A stretch of 63,995 nt of DNA, the filler included, from Choristocarpus tenellus KU-1152 (lineage: Eukaryota > Protista > Phaeophyceae): NCBI GenBank assembly GCA_964200185.2. It is 14 parts of 14 records of this genome, joined end to end, with 100 filler letters (N's around TTAATTAATTAA, not from the genome) between each part and the next. Parts side by side here need not be neighbours in the genome. Positions count along the whole stretch, not along the records: positions 50,936 to 53,792 come from CAXNAD020024160.1; positions 53,893 to 57,945 come from CAXNAD020016459.1; positions 58,046 to 60,851 come from CAXNAD020024587.1; positions 60,952 to 63,995 come from CAXNAD020022731.1; 10 more parts are not named here. One strand, given 5' to 3'. The position numbers and the translations under genes are program-made. Shown here piece after piece: positions 53,582 through 63,995 of this stretch (position 1 is the first letter of the stretch; each line of letters opens with the position of its first letter). Under the pieces are notes generated by a model. It was not told the origin of the DNA. It worked only from the letters and a program-made list of their open reading frames with translations, and ran no database searches.

Positions 53582-53792
53582 GACTCAAAGCCTATTGGCG
53601 GGGGGGTGGCAACTGTCCGTTTGGGGTCCATTTTTCAATGTCGCGATTTTGTGTGATTTGGTTTCTTGCGTCGGATGGATAATGTAAGTTCAATTCTCCT
53701 GGTCAGGGCTCAAATGGACAACCTGGTGTAGACCCTCCCCCGCCCCCCGCCCCAGATACTTGAGGGTCAAAGTATCTGGGGGGGGGGTGTCG
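53582..53792 (-). mobile_element. MITE family A full-length copy abutting the end of a second copy
   Basis: 53582-53768 is a reversed full copy; a new terminus GGGTCAAAGTATCTGGGG starts at 53764. Confidence 0.88.
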
Positions 53793-53929
53793 NNNNNNNN
53801 NNNNNNNNNNNNNNNNNNNNNNNNNNNNNNNNNNNNTTAATTAATTAANNNNNNNNNNNNNNNNNNNNNNNNNNNNNNNNNNNNNNNNNNNNCAAAGAAA
53901 CAAACACAGCCCGACAAGCGGAAAGCAGG

Positions 53930-53945
53930 AGGCAACCGCCCCGGA

Positions 53946-53980
<35 letters not shown>

Positions 53981-53994
53981 AGATACTTTGAGTC
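53930..53994 (+). mobile_element. MITE family A right terminus near contig start
   Basis: C tract followed by AGATACTTTGAGTC. Confidence 0.7.
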
Positions 53995-54599
53995 AGTCAA
54001 CTACCCCAACACCTAGCTGGGCACTCCAACATCTAGTTGATTATCCTAGCATACATGAGGGAGCACATACCAAGATGTCAATGACATTTACCACAAAACT
54101 CTGACATACCACAACCAGAAACAGAGCAGCAATTTATTTCCAAATAGTTGCAGCGTGGTCTAATCCAATGTGATTAATGACCAAGTCACCTCTAAAACAT
54201 CAAAATCAACTCAATTGAACCAAAGCATGCTCATCCAAGTATCACCAGACAAATAGGACCCCCATCGTCTGATAAGGAGTACCCAAAGTTTATTCGCTCA
54301 TTTTGCCATCTTAAGCAGACACACTATTGTGTCATACTCAAAACACTATATAGCTCAGTTCTTAAGAAAGGCTGAAGATTGGCATGCTCTTCAGTGAGGA
54401 GAAATTTATCATGACATTTTAATACAACAGATACATCGTATGCCCATCAAAAAAAGAAAAATAACATCCCGGAGAACTCACACAACGGTCCGTGTTGATT
54501 ACATCTCTCTGCTGCACTCAACATTGCCTCCCAAATATACATAATAATAGCTATCCTCCTGCATACCCTTGCAACTAGAAGCAAATAGGCTATATTTCT

Positions 54600-56350
54600 A
54601 TAATATTTCTGTTGAGAGTATTACTATTAGCCCTAACCCTTGAAAAATACTTGTAGCTGCACACTGCTGCTGGTACTGGACTCCAGTCTTCAAGTGGTAT
54701 CCGTGTAATGGCTATCCTTGGAAGCCTGACTTTCATCACTAGGAGATAAGGAGCTGCATATCATCGCTAGGGTTCAGACAACTTTAGATATTGAGAGCAT
54801 CCACTCCAAGTCTGCCTGGAAGCAGAATTGACCAAAACAGCTGGCTAATTTGAATAAGCACTGAAAGGTAGTGGCCCATTCCTGTCGCCCCTTGAACAGT
54901 TTATTGAAACCTCCCCTCCCTTCAAGTAATTCTTCGCCCTTACCACTTCCGGAGGGAACAACTTCACCTCATACCGCGAGCTAGATATATTCCACCATGA
55001 CTTCCACCGCCCTATCAGCCACTGCTTGACTTCCATTACACATTCAACGGAAGCTGTAGTGAATCACCTTTTCAGATCTGGATTGCTACCATTCACACTA
55101 AACTGTATATTTGACCTTTTTTAGATCATCATTGGTAGCTTTCGCCGTGTTTGTAGGCCTGGAACAAACATGAGAGGAACACCAACCCCTTCACTGAATC
55201 CATCGGCACATGCTGATATGTTGAAAAAATGTGTGCAAGAAACACAGCAACTTTAGGATTCAATAAGTCCTATTCATTAGCCACTCCCAATCGATAGCTG
55301 TTCATGTTAGAAGACTACATTGCATAAGGGGTAGGGTGGGGAAGGTGGGGGGGTGAAGGGTATTTATCCCACATACCTTGATATGGCATCGGGAGTACTT
55401 TGGTGCAAGAGGTATATACTTTGGCATACAACACAATAGGAGAAACGTGCCTTTGTTGACAGCTTCGAGTTCATAATATGACCAATGTAGGAATGGCAGA
55501 GGGGGGGGGGAAAGAACGACAGAAAGAATCAACATGGAATGAAAGCCAGCTTAACTAAGGATGCAACAAGGTACTGATCCTAGGGCTGTGCTGACGGTGC
55601 AGTAGCTGATGCACCTCTACTGCAATTAACTTGCTGCCCAGTAACCGTGACCAAAGTTTGAGTTCAAGCTTCAATTCGGACACAACCTGACCCTCTACAA
55701 AATGGTCACACCCAAGCGGCAGCATCAACACAAATTGTTTTTCCCTTGCAGTCAAAAGGTCTCATCAATACTTGTCAACAACAAGTGGGTATTGCAGTAT
55801 ATCTAAAACTCAACCTACCAAGCCAGCACTGCTCACCGATCGGTTACGATAGTGCTGTAGGTCAAGCACGCCACACGGACCCCTTTCCGCCACCTCCTCA
55901 TCCGTCTCTCCCTCTCGCGGCAGCAACCATTGTAAACCAAGCTCCACTGCTGGGCATGCAACTGTCGACTGCTCTTCTCTTACATTTGCTTGCTCACCAG
56001 CCCGTAAGCAAATTCGAGTCTTGAAAGCAACTATAAATATGCAGAGCATCGCAGCGGTAATAGCAGCACGCAGGGGCATCCGATCTATACACCGGTAGAA
56101 CCCGTACAGTGAATACCACCGAAAGCTTCTGTGGTCCTTGTCCTTGCCTTGTGATGACCACCTGCTTTGGTCATTTTGGATGGTCCTCACGCCACGTTGG
56201 TGTATGGAAGGCATCTCCCAGCTGTTAATTCCCGCAAGGCTGAGAAATGAAGGGCTGACTTCAAACCCATGGTGCAAATGGCGGGGAAAAGTGCTGTATA
56301 AGGGGGTCAGCCGAGGCGCTTCTTTGTGGAGGGCCACCAATGAAGAAGTA
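54600..56350 (-). pseudogene. Decayed coding relic, possibly a Mutator-like transposase
   Basis: Stop-riddled frames including CADGFSEGLVFLSCLFQAY, which resembles the MULE D...C.FH region. Judged by eye only. Confidence 0.2.
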
Positions 56351-57624
56351 GCAGAGACTTCGAGGTAGTTACGGTTTCCTCACACTTAGGCTTCCTACAC
56401 AAATCTATCCACAATATGCCCCACATTATCTAATCTAACTTAATCTGCCCAAACAATCCACCCGAACCACCTGTCGAGAACACCCCCCTCCACCAAACTG
56501 GTTTCGTCGAACTGAGAACAAGAGGCCCATTAGATCAGACGCAATAGTCATCGCCAAAGCCTTCCAAAACCATATTTGCTCACCTACAGGTGTGCTTTCG
56601 CCCTTCTGCACCGTGTTCTTCCCCTGAAGGTCTAGTGCAGACCCATTAAGATATTAGCCGAAGATGAGGACAGAGTGATGGTCAGCAACTGGGATCAGAT
56701 ATGAACTTATCTCCAACTTTAGGATTCGGGTAGTTTGAAACGAAAGGTGGTGGCACATCTTCTTGCTTTGTACAGATAGTTAAAGTAAGGGTGGGACATC
56801 GATTTCAACTTGTCACATAAGTGTTAAGTCCTTACACCTCATCCATTGACAGGTGTTTGACCGTTACGATAGTAACTTCAAATGTTGTCACTTTTTCAAT
56901 TCTTGGATGTGATAGATCCCGACAAGACTGAAATGTTCAAAGAATGCTAAACAATCTGCTCCAGTAGTAACGGAGAAAATAAACTAACGATACCATGAAG
57001 AATAATATTATTGCGAACCAAATATGCATTACTGTTTTCTGTTTACATAGTTCCGATCTTTGGAAGTAGGTATAAACGAAAACCACTAGATTGTGTAGAC
57101 TTAACATGAGTCGCGAGATGGACAGGAACAATAGTGTCGGGGTGAAGACTAGAGTAAGATGAGTATGAAATGGTTAAGGTCAAGGCAGAAGGAACCAAAG
57201 AGTCCACAGGTGATGGATGAGCACCAGTGAATAAAGACGAAGAATGTCTCAGAAAGATTCTTAACCAGAGATGGCATTAGACACCAAGAAAAACGATCAA
57301 TGGACAAAGTTAGGTGGTCGTAGCAGGAATTCGGACATTGAAAAGGTGTTCCAAAAAGTCATGATCAAGAGCCATTCAAGGTATGCTGAAAACAAAAATG
57401 GGTGAGGTGACGTTCGTGGACCGTTATTGTCAAGGCACACTGGATCTTTTACAACTCGCAAAAAACGGGCTGGTCATGTTCCAACATCGTTTTTCTCAAC
57501 GTCCACCAAATCTTATCCAAATCGAGAAGTAATTAGTGGTCGCCTTTTCCAGATTTTCGTCGATGTAATGTATGTGTATATATGCATCCATATTTTAATC
57601 TATGTTACCTATATGCTTATGTAT

Positions 57625-57660
<36 letters not shown>

Positions 57661-58424
57661 ACCTCTGTATCCACTTATCTATGTTACATGTACATGTATA
57701 TGGATGCATGGGCCCTTAGAATTGTGGTATATTCCTGTTGGCACAAAAATATCCAGCGAAGGAGAATAACAGTTTTATGTCTGTGTGTGTCAATCTACAT
57801 AACGTGGATGGGACTCAAATACTGGAACATATTGAAGGCACAGGCTGTGTTACAATCGAGTAGCGCGAGTTTCTAGCTCCACCTGGGTTGGTTTCTGGCC
57901 CTACCTGGGTTTGTGGTCTTCATTCGTCGTCTCCAGGATTCCCTCNNNNNNNNNNNNNNNNNNNNNNNNNNNNNNNNNNNNNNNNNNNNTTAATTAATTA
58001 ANNNNNNNNNNNNNNNNNNNNNNNNNNNNNNNNNNNNNNNNNNNNAAAAAAAAAAAAATAATGTTTTTGTATTATTTATTGTTTTCAATTGTTCCTTTCC
58101 ATTATTTATTTTTTTTTTTTTCTCGGGGAGAATCGCACGGAGGTGTACATCGAAAATATTTTGTATATAAGTATCGAATCGATCAGTAATTGTAACCGAT
58201 GGCGATGAGTTGCGCGTTTCTTAGAAAGTCTTCTGGTGTAGACCCCTCCGGTGAAGAGGCGTCCGTGCGTAGCTACGCTGAATGAAACCCGGCAGCAGTT
58301 TTCTACGTCCTTAAAGGGTTTTGTCTATATTTGAGACTTGGTTGCTGAGCCGTCATAAGCACGATGATCCATCAAGCTAACACCAAAGATGTGCGGGAAA
58401 GCCTCCAATCTGGGCAAGCCTCAC

Positions 58425-58648
58425 ATTGCTCCAGATTGAGATTTGGGTGACCTAGCCAGCTAAGTGCAATGGTACAGTATGCCAATGCCATCAACATACA
58501 TACAAAAAAAACTCCAATCTAGGTCCTTGTCCGCGTTCAACTCTTCTCCTGTCTTGGAGTGAGATTGGGTGATCCAGCCAGCCAAGTGCAATGGTTCAAT
58601 ACTCCAACGCCAGCAACACATCTACCAAAACCTGCAAATCTGGATCCC
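58425..58648. repeat. Two degenerate tandem units of ~123 bp
   Basis: TGAGATT(T)GGGTGA.C.AGCCAGC.AAGTGCAATGGT.CA.TA..CCAA.GCCA.CAACA at about 58437 and 58560. Confidence 0.8.
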
Positions 58649-59709
58649 CGCCCCTCATCGAACCTTTTTTTTTCTGTTGATCCTTGGTAAGGTTTTGGGA
58701 ATTGGTTGCACTGGATGAATGGAAGTTAAAGGTATCGTATATTTTTTCACCCTACCCATCTCTCTGGACAAACTTTGAAAATAATCTCGATGAATGAAAA
58801 TGAAACTGTGAGTGCCGCTCGCTGCCCTGTGATAGGAGTTGTTTGCATTTAGGCTGGTTGTGTGTGTGTACACGTGCGTGTGTGGATGCGTGCCTGAGTG
58901 GCATGTCCACATTAGTGTCCATATTGTCGTTAGGATCGTGAGATGGGGGGAACTTTTTTGGAGGCGATATATATATATATATATATATATTTATTTATTT
59001 ATGAGGATCTGTCGTCCGCTCTATTTTCTTTTTTTGTTCATACTATCATACTTTATATTGCGAAAATGTGATACTAACGTTGAACACAGAGGATGTTCTA
59101 ACCCTAAATACTAAGTACAGTAGTAGCAGTGGTAGCCCTCTGGGCCAGCCCCAGAGCTTTCCTACATGCTCACACTTTGTGTGCGTGGGGAGGACGAGGG
59201 GCATCGGTCATTCAACCAGAAAGCAATTGTTTGTGTGCTACTACTGTGTTCGGGTTTCGAAGTTATTTCTCCTGGTGAATGTGTGTGTGTGCGCGCGTGT
59301 GTGTGTGCTCCTGCCTCTTCAGGAAGGACGACAACCCTGCCATGCAGAAGGATCGTCCATCATCTCCATCTCTCTCAGCAGGCGGTACGGACAATGATAA
59401 GGAGACGTACCCGCCGCCCGAGCAGAGAGCCGGTGTGAGTATTGATTTTTTTTTCAAGTATCATCTTTATGTACTTCTTATTGTTGTTATTTTGTGTGGT
59501 AGGGAGGTGGGACTGACTGAACCGAATTCGATTGCGATCTACACACAGAGAATTTTGTGGTGTGCAACGCCTGCTCAGGGGGTGGACTACCCTCGGCGAC
59601 GAACGCAGCTTGTCGAATGTTTTTATTTTTCAGGTCGAGAGTGTGATTAAAAAAAAAGAGGAAATACTAAACCTTTGTGGTGAGGCAGGCGATGAAATAC
59701 TAGCCCGTT

Positions 59710-59910
59710 GCAGTGCGCCAGGGGAGGTCCCCACTGTCTTGGGGATATCCCACTGTCCTTGGGGAATACTCTGCACACTCTTTTTCAAGAATCTAACCAT
59801 AACCCTAACCCTAACCTGTGTTTGAAAAATAAAATAATTAACAAGTGACAATGAGGGTTCCCCGAGGACAGTGGGATCTCCCCAAGAGAGGGGATCTCCC
59901 GTGTGCACTC
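59710..59910. mobile_element. MITE-like fold-back element with ~60-bp TIRs and a central (TAACCC)n tract
   Basis: The left arm GGGGAGGTCCCCACTGTCTTGGGGATATCCCACTGTCCTTGGGGAA matches the reverse complement of the right arm TTCCCCGAGGACAGTGGGATCTCCCCAAGAGAGGGGATCTCCC; CTAACCATAACCCTAACCCTAACC lies in the middle. Confidence 0.8.
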
Positions 59911-60951
59911 CACCGCTGGTCGCATAGAGGCAATGGGATAGATAGATAGATAGATAGACTGTGTGTGTGTGATATACCAATGGAGTAGGCCGTAAGATCG
60001 CATTAGGGTGGAAGGGCATGTCGACCATATGTTGGGGTATAGTGGACTAGATGATTGATGATTGACTAGATGACATTGGACCAATGGAGTACTGCCTGTG
60101 AGTGACAGTGAGCCAACGGGCATGGCCTGTGAGATCGCATTGAGCCAATGAAATGATTCCAGAAGGGTTACAAAAAGAATGGATCGGTCATTGTTTTTAT
60201 TCTGTCCGTCGGCTTACATCGTAGTGCATTGCAGTTCAGTTCAGACTCGCGTGTGTGCACCACACTGATGTCCCCACCCATCCCCCCAAGAGACTCCATG
60301 TACTTCAAGTACTCTTAAATAAGTAGCCAACCAAGCCACCTTGTGCTTCACTACACCACCTTTTCCTACGACTCTCCCCAACCCTCTTTGTTCAATTTCA
60401 TCATCCGGAGGGACAGAGGAATACAAGCATACCTCCCCTCCCCAGTCCCCCCCCCCCCCCTCCCCTCTCCAACGATTCCATTCAATCAGTGAACACGCCT
60501 TCTAATACTTGCAACACCTTCCTTTCCTTTCCGTTTTTTTTTCTTGCTCTTACCTCCCCTCTCACACCACTTTTGTTGGTGCGGGGAGGCGTATTTTTTC
60601 CTTTTATTTTTTTTAATTGCGATGATTGTTGTAAATCGAAAGGTACGGTGAGTGTGAAATAAAATAAAATAAAAAGTACGATGCGCTTGAAATGGGATAA
60701 AAATATAATAAAAAAAACTCTCGTACAGCATGCAAAAAGCAAAGAGGGGGGTGCCAAGCACCATGCTTTTTTTTTTCAAGGGGGGGAGGGGGGGGGGGGG
60801 GGGGGGGAGCTGAGCACGCAGCGTGCAAACGCTTGAGACACAACGACACCANNNNNNNNNNNNNNNNNNNNNNNNNNNNNNNNNNNNNNNNNNNNTTAAT
60901 TAATTAANNNNNNNNNNNNNNNNNNNNNNNNNNNNNNNNNNNNNNNNNNNN

Positions 60952-61545
60952 ATCTGCTGACTGTGAGCTGGAATTCCTGAGGGGGGATCTGGCATGCTGG
61001 TTCCAGCGGTTGTGTCGAGGCCCAGGCATTTGTTCCTTGTCCACACTGACTCCGGTGGCACGCTAGGGCTAATGAAGAGCTTTCCCTCCCCTGGTGGGCC
61101 TCATTTGGAAGGTCAGCTAGCTTTGTCCTGAAGGAGTCGAAATGAATCCTGTTGAGGAGGCGCGTGATCTCGTGCTGAGCTCTCCTTGTGATCCTGCGTT
61201 CATGAGCTGCCAGGATGTGGACCTCTGGGGTAGGTGCAGGTGGTGCTGTTCCCCCTCAAGTTACCTAGTCGTGGCCAATAATTTCAGTCAGGTCTTCAGA
61301 GGGGATACCTGTAGAAAGAAGAGTGTGTATAGACACTCCTAAGGCATGTATGGTGGGGCTTGTACATATGGCTTGTGAGAAGGACTCGCCATAAGGCCCT
61401 TGCTGCCTTGCTAGAAGGGTGGGGAGGGTAGCCACCAGAGATCCTACAAAAGCCGCATGCTGGCGGTGTTTCATGGAGGAGAGCCCTAGACCCCCCGCAC
61501 TTGTAGGCATCTGTGCCTGTACTTGTTGGTGGGTCTCTAGGCGGA
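60952..61545 (-). mobile_element. Decayed CRE-like non-LTR retrotransposon ORF (region after the RT)
   Basis: QAQMPTSAGGLGLSS...HAAFVGS, then ARHRSQCGQGANAW..QP; the GGLGL and GA.AW motifs are typical of CRE-clade elements. Confidence 0.75.
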
Positions 61546-61744
61546 GAGACCTATTCAATATCAGAATGACCCCTGAAAAAGTAACAGTTACGGTAAATGT
61601 GGAAGATGCAGTGGTATTAATCATAATGACATTGGGGTTGACCTATTCTAACTATCCATGTAGAGAGTGGATTCAAAAATAAATGCATATTCATGATCCC
61701 AACAAGGCATTCCAGACTGGAGGCTTTTTTTGTTGTTAAGTTTA

Positions 61745-62385
61745 TTTCTATTTTTTTGGAAGAGAAATATATCATACTGGGGTTCGAACCCTGGATCATA
61801 GGCTATCAAGAGTGGCAACAGATATACTATTACTTGATTATTTTATTGGTGTACCACTGCGTAACGTTCAGGACGCTTTCTCCTCTACCTTGCGAGCCCT
61901 TTCGACCTTCTTTCAGACTTCAGAGCCCTTGTACCCTAACCCTGACACCTTTTTTCTCGTTTCCTTAAGCCACTCCAGCTTGCGTAGCTTCCAAACAGCC
62001 AGGGCCTGCTGCAAGTGTCGACTACGAAGATAATCCACACCTACCTGGGATTTCGCTTGTAAGGCGTTCCTGAGCGCAATGGCACGCAGTCGCACTGCTC
62101 TCTTCCCCAAGCTTCCCTTCAGGCGACCACCCTGGTTCTCCCTTCACCCGCCGTGACCAGACTTCCCCACAGACTTCGTCCTTGTGGCACCTGGTGATGG
62201 GCTCACCACTCTCTTCCTGCTTCCGCGAGGGAGCAGAGACGGCGGAGCAGTTCTCTGCAGCGGTTGAAGATCCAGCCACGTTTGTATGGTAATGCTTTCC
62301 ATGCACCTTCTCTCAGTGTTAGTGTCGCGCACACGAGGTCCATTGCGTGATTTGATCATGCTGCTGCGCCACAGCATATGCACTT
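61745..62385 (-). mobile_element. Second copy of the non-LTR retrotransposon 3' end
   Basis: CICCG...NHAM zinc-finger-like relic, LRAIALRNAL...LQQALAVWKL, and the same tail and A-run as the 46075 copy. Confidence 0.65.
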
Positions 62386-62388
62386 TTG

Positions 62389-62465
62389 TTACAGGCGAAT
62401 AGCGCGGGCATTTCTTTTCGTGTTCTAGAAAGCTCTAAAAGTATACGAGATTCGTAACACATCAG
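62389..62465 (+). mobile_element. TA-CAGGCGAATAGCGCG terminus (putative Tc1/mariner-like), at the point where the LINE copy ends
   Basis: Matches 27230-27287 in reverse. Confidence 0.5.
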
Positions 62466-63687
62466 TGGCCTCACAGAATAAATGCTGATTTCTTAGAAGT
62501 TGCAGGAAATATTTGTAATTTGAGTGCGTATACAACGGTTGGCAGATGTCTTTCAATTTGTATTCTATAGAACTCTGGTGGATGATGCAAACAAAGATTA
62601 CTTTGACTGCCACCAAAGTACGTCTTGGCCCACTCTTTTCATCTCGATTAAACCTTCTGTTAAGCATTGAGCTAAGCACTGATTGAAGCATCGAGAGAAA
62701 AGTAACTGACACCCATTGGTGGCTATCATATGTGGACCCCCAGTAGCGTCGTCTTAAGATCGTTGGATTTGAGTTGTACATCCTGTGGAGGTGAGTTCTG
62801 GGGCATGCTGTAACACTTTTTCGTCACCTAACATCGCACTGAGTGACACATGATACTTGTTCTTCTTTTGCCTCTCGACAGAGAAGGTACTAAGGGTAGA
62901 TCCAGAGGGCAGAGTGGCCTCGGCGGCTCTCCTTCTTTCACTGTCGTGGTTCATGTTACTGTGTGGATCACCCATGTGTGTGCTCACAGCTTGTCTGCAC
63001 ATGGCACTGAAGAGATGTCGGTAATTTTTTTTTTTTCAGTAATGCTAGACGCGCTATGTTTGAGGAGTGGCCAACCTCGCATTATTTTTTAGTGGGGAGC
63101 TCAGTGAACCACTTTATTTTTGTATCTTTTCAAGTTGTAACCGTCAAAGTTGCGCCGCATATGTTCCTCCGCATTTTTGCTATCATTTTATTGAGGCATA
63201 GCTCCCGTCCACGGATGTTTGTATATTCATGCATAGGTTCGTTGAAACGCTCTTGTCATGAGCTTTCATTTGGTGTGCATATTACTGGGTTATCTTTGTG
63301 GCATATTAGTAAAAAAACTCAAGGCTACTCCCAGAGTACTTACTGATCGGTACCACTGTACGTTTCTATCATCTATTTAATATTTTACTACACCAGCTAT
63401 GCTACACCACTCCCCCCCTATGCCTCCAACCTAGCTTAGTCCTACACCCCAGGTCGAGGAGGTAGAGAAGCATCCCAAGAATCTGACAGGCCCCTTCTTG
63501 CCCATCTCCCTGGTGTCTCCAGCTATAAACGCATGACACGTCTTGATAGATTCACTTGTGTTGTGACAGACACTAGCTGTCTTAAACGGGATATGACAGC
63601 ATATATTATTATACCTTGTGACACTTTGCAGATGTGTACGGGAAAAAATAAAACCAAAACTTTATGACAAAAACTACTCTAAGTAAA

Positions 63688-63867
63688 CGCTCAAAGTATC
63701 GGGGGTGGGGGGTGGCGGCTGTCCATTTGGGGTCAATTTTTTCATGTCATGATTTTGGGGTGATTTGGTTGCATACGCCGGATGGATAAAGTAAGTGCAC
63801 GTTTCCTGGTTATGGCCCAAATGGACACCCTGGTGTAGACCCCCCCCACACACAGATACTTTCGGTC
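63688..63867 (-). mobile_element. MITE family A, full-length
   Basis: CGCTCAAAGTATC...CACAGATACTTTCGGTC. Confidence 0.93.
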
Positions 63868-63920
63868 AGTACATATTTTAGGGAGGTGTACACATATTGC
63901 CGTTGACAACAACTGTTGTA

Positions 63921-63995
63921 GACCGAGAGTATCTGTGTGTGTGGGGGGTCTACACCAGGGTGTCCATTTGGGCCATAACCAGGAAACGTGCACTT
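63921..63995 (+). mobile_element. MITE family A, inverted twin of the preceding copy (cut at window end)
   Basis: GACCGAGAGTATCTGTGTGTGTGGGGGGTCTACACCAGGGTGTCCATTTGGGCCATAACC. Confidence 0.93.

Noticed and set aside
61745-61842. tRNA gene or U2 snRNA fragment
   Set aside because: Only a T-loop-like motif is present and the stems do not form a cloverleaf. The U2-like ATCAAGT..TAGTAT..CTGTT match is short and not kept in the second copy.

Overview
Eukaryotic nuclear DNA, not prokaryotic. It consists of 14 short contigs joined by artificial 100-bp linkers (N44-TTAATTAATTAA-N44), so adjacency across linkers has no biological meaning. GT-AG introns, interstitial TTAGGG and the transposon mix (Copia, Gypsy, RTE and CRE-like LINEs) would fit a stramenopile or brown-alga-like genome, but that is inference. 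Supported host genes: an intact 4-exon ADP-ribosylglycohydrolase, an intact 3-exon FKBP12, the 5' three exons of an S4/RsuA-family pseudouridine synthase, the 3' five exons of a Dispatched/Patched-family RND transporter, and a decayed AIFM2/FSP1-like oxidoreductase exon. Most other recognisable sequence is decayed retrotransposons and MITEs. The most striking pattern is two abundant MITE families (A ~180 bp, B ~265 bp; over 20 copies or ends). Their ends share a modular layout, GRNNNAAAGTATCT - spacer - GTCCATTTGGG, with a spacer of 16 bp at one end and 26 bp at the other (one helical turn apart, reminiscent of the 12/23 rule), plus a third box at a fixed 13-bp distance. No cognate transposase is recognisable in the window. 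Most ORFs in the supplied track appear spurious.
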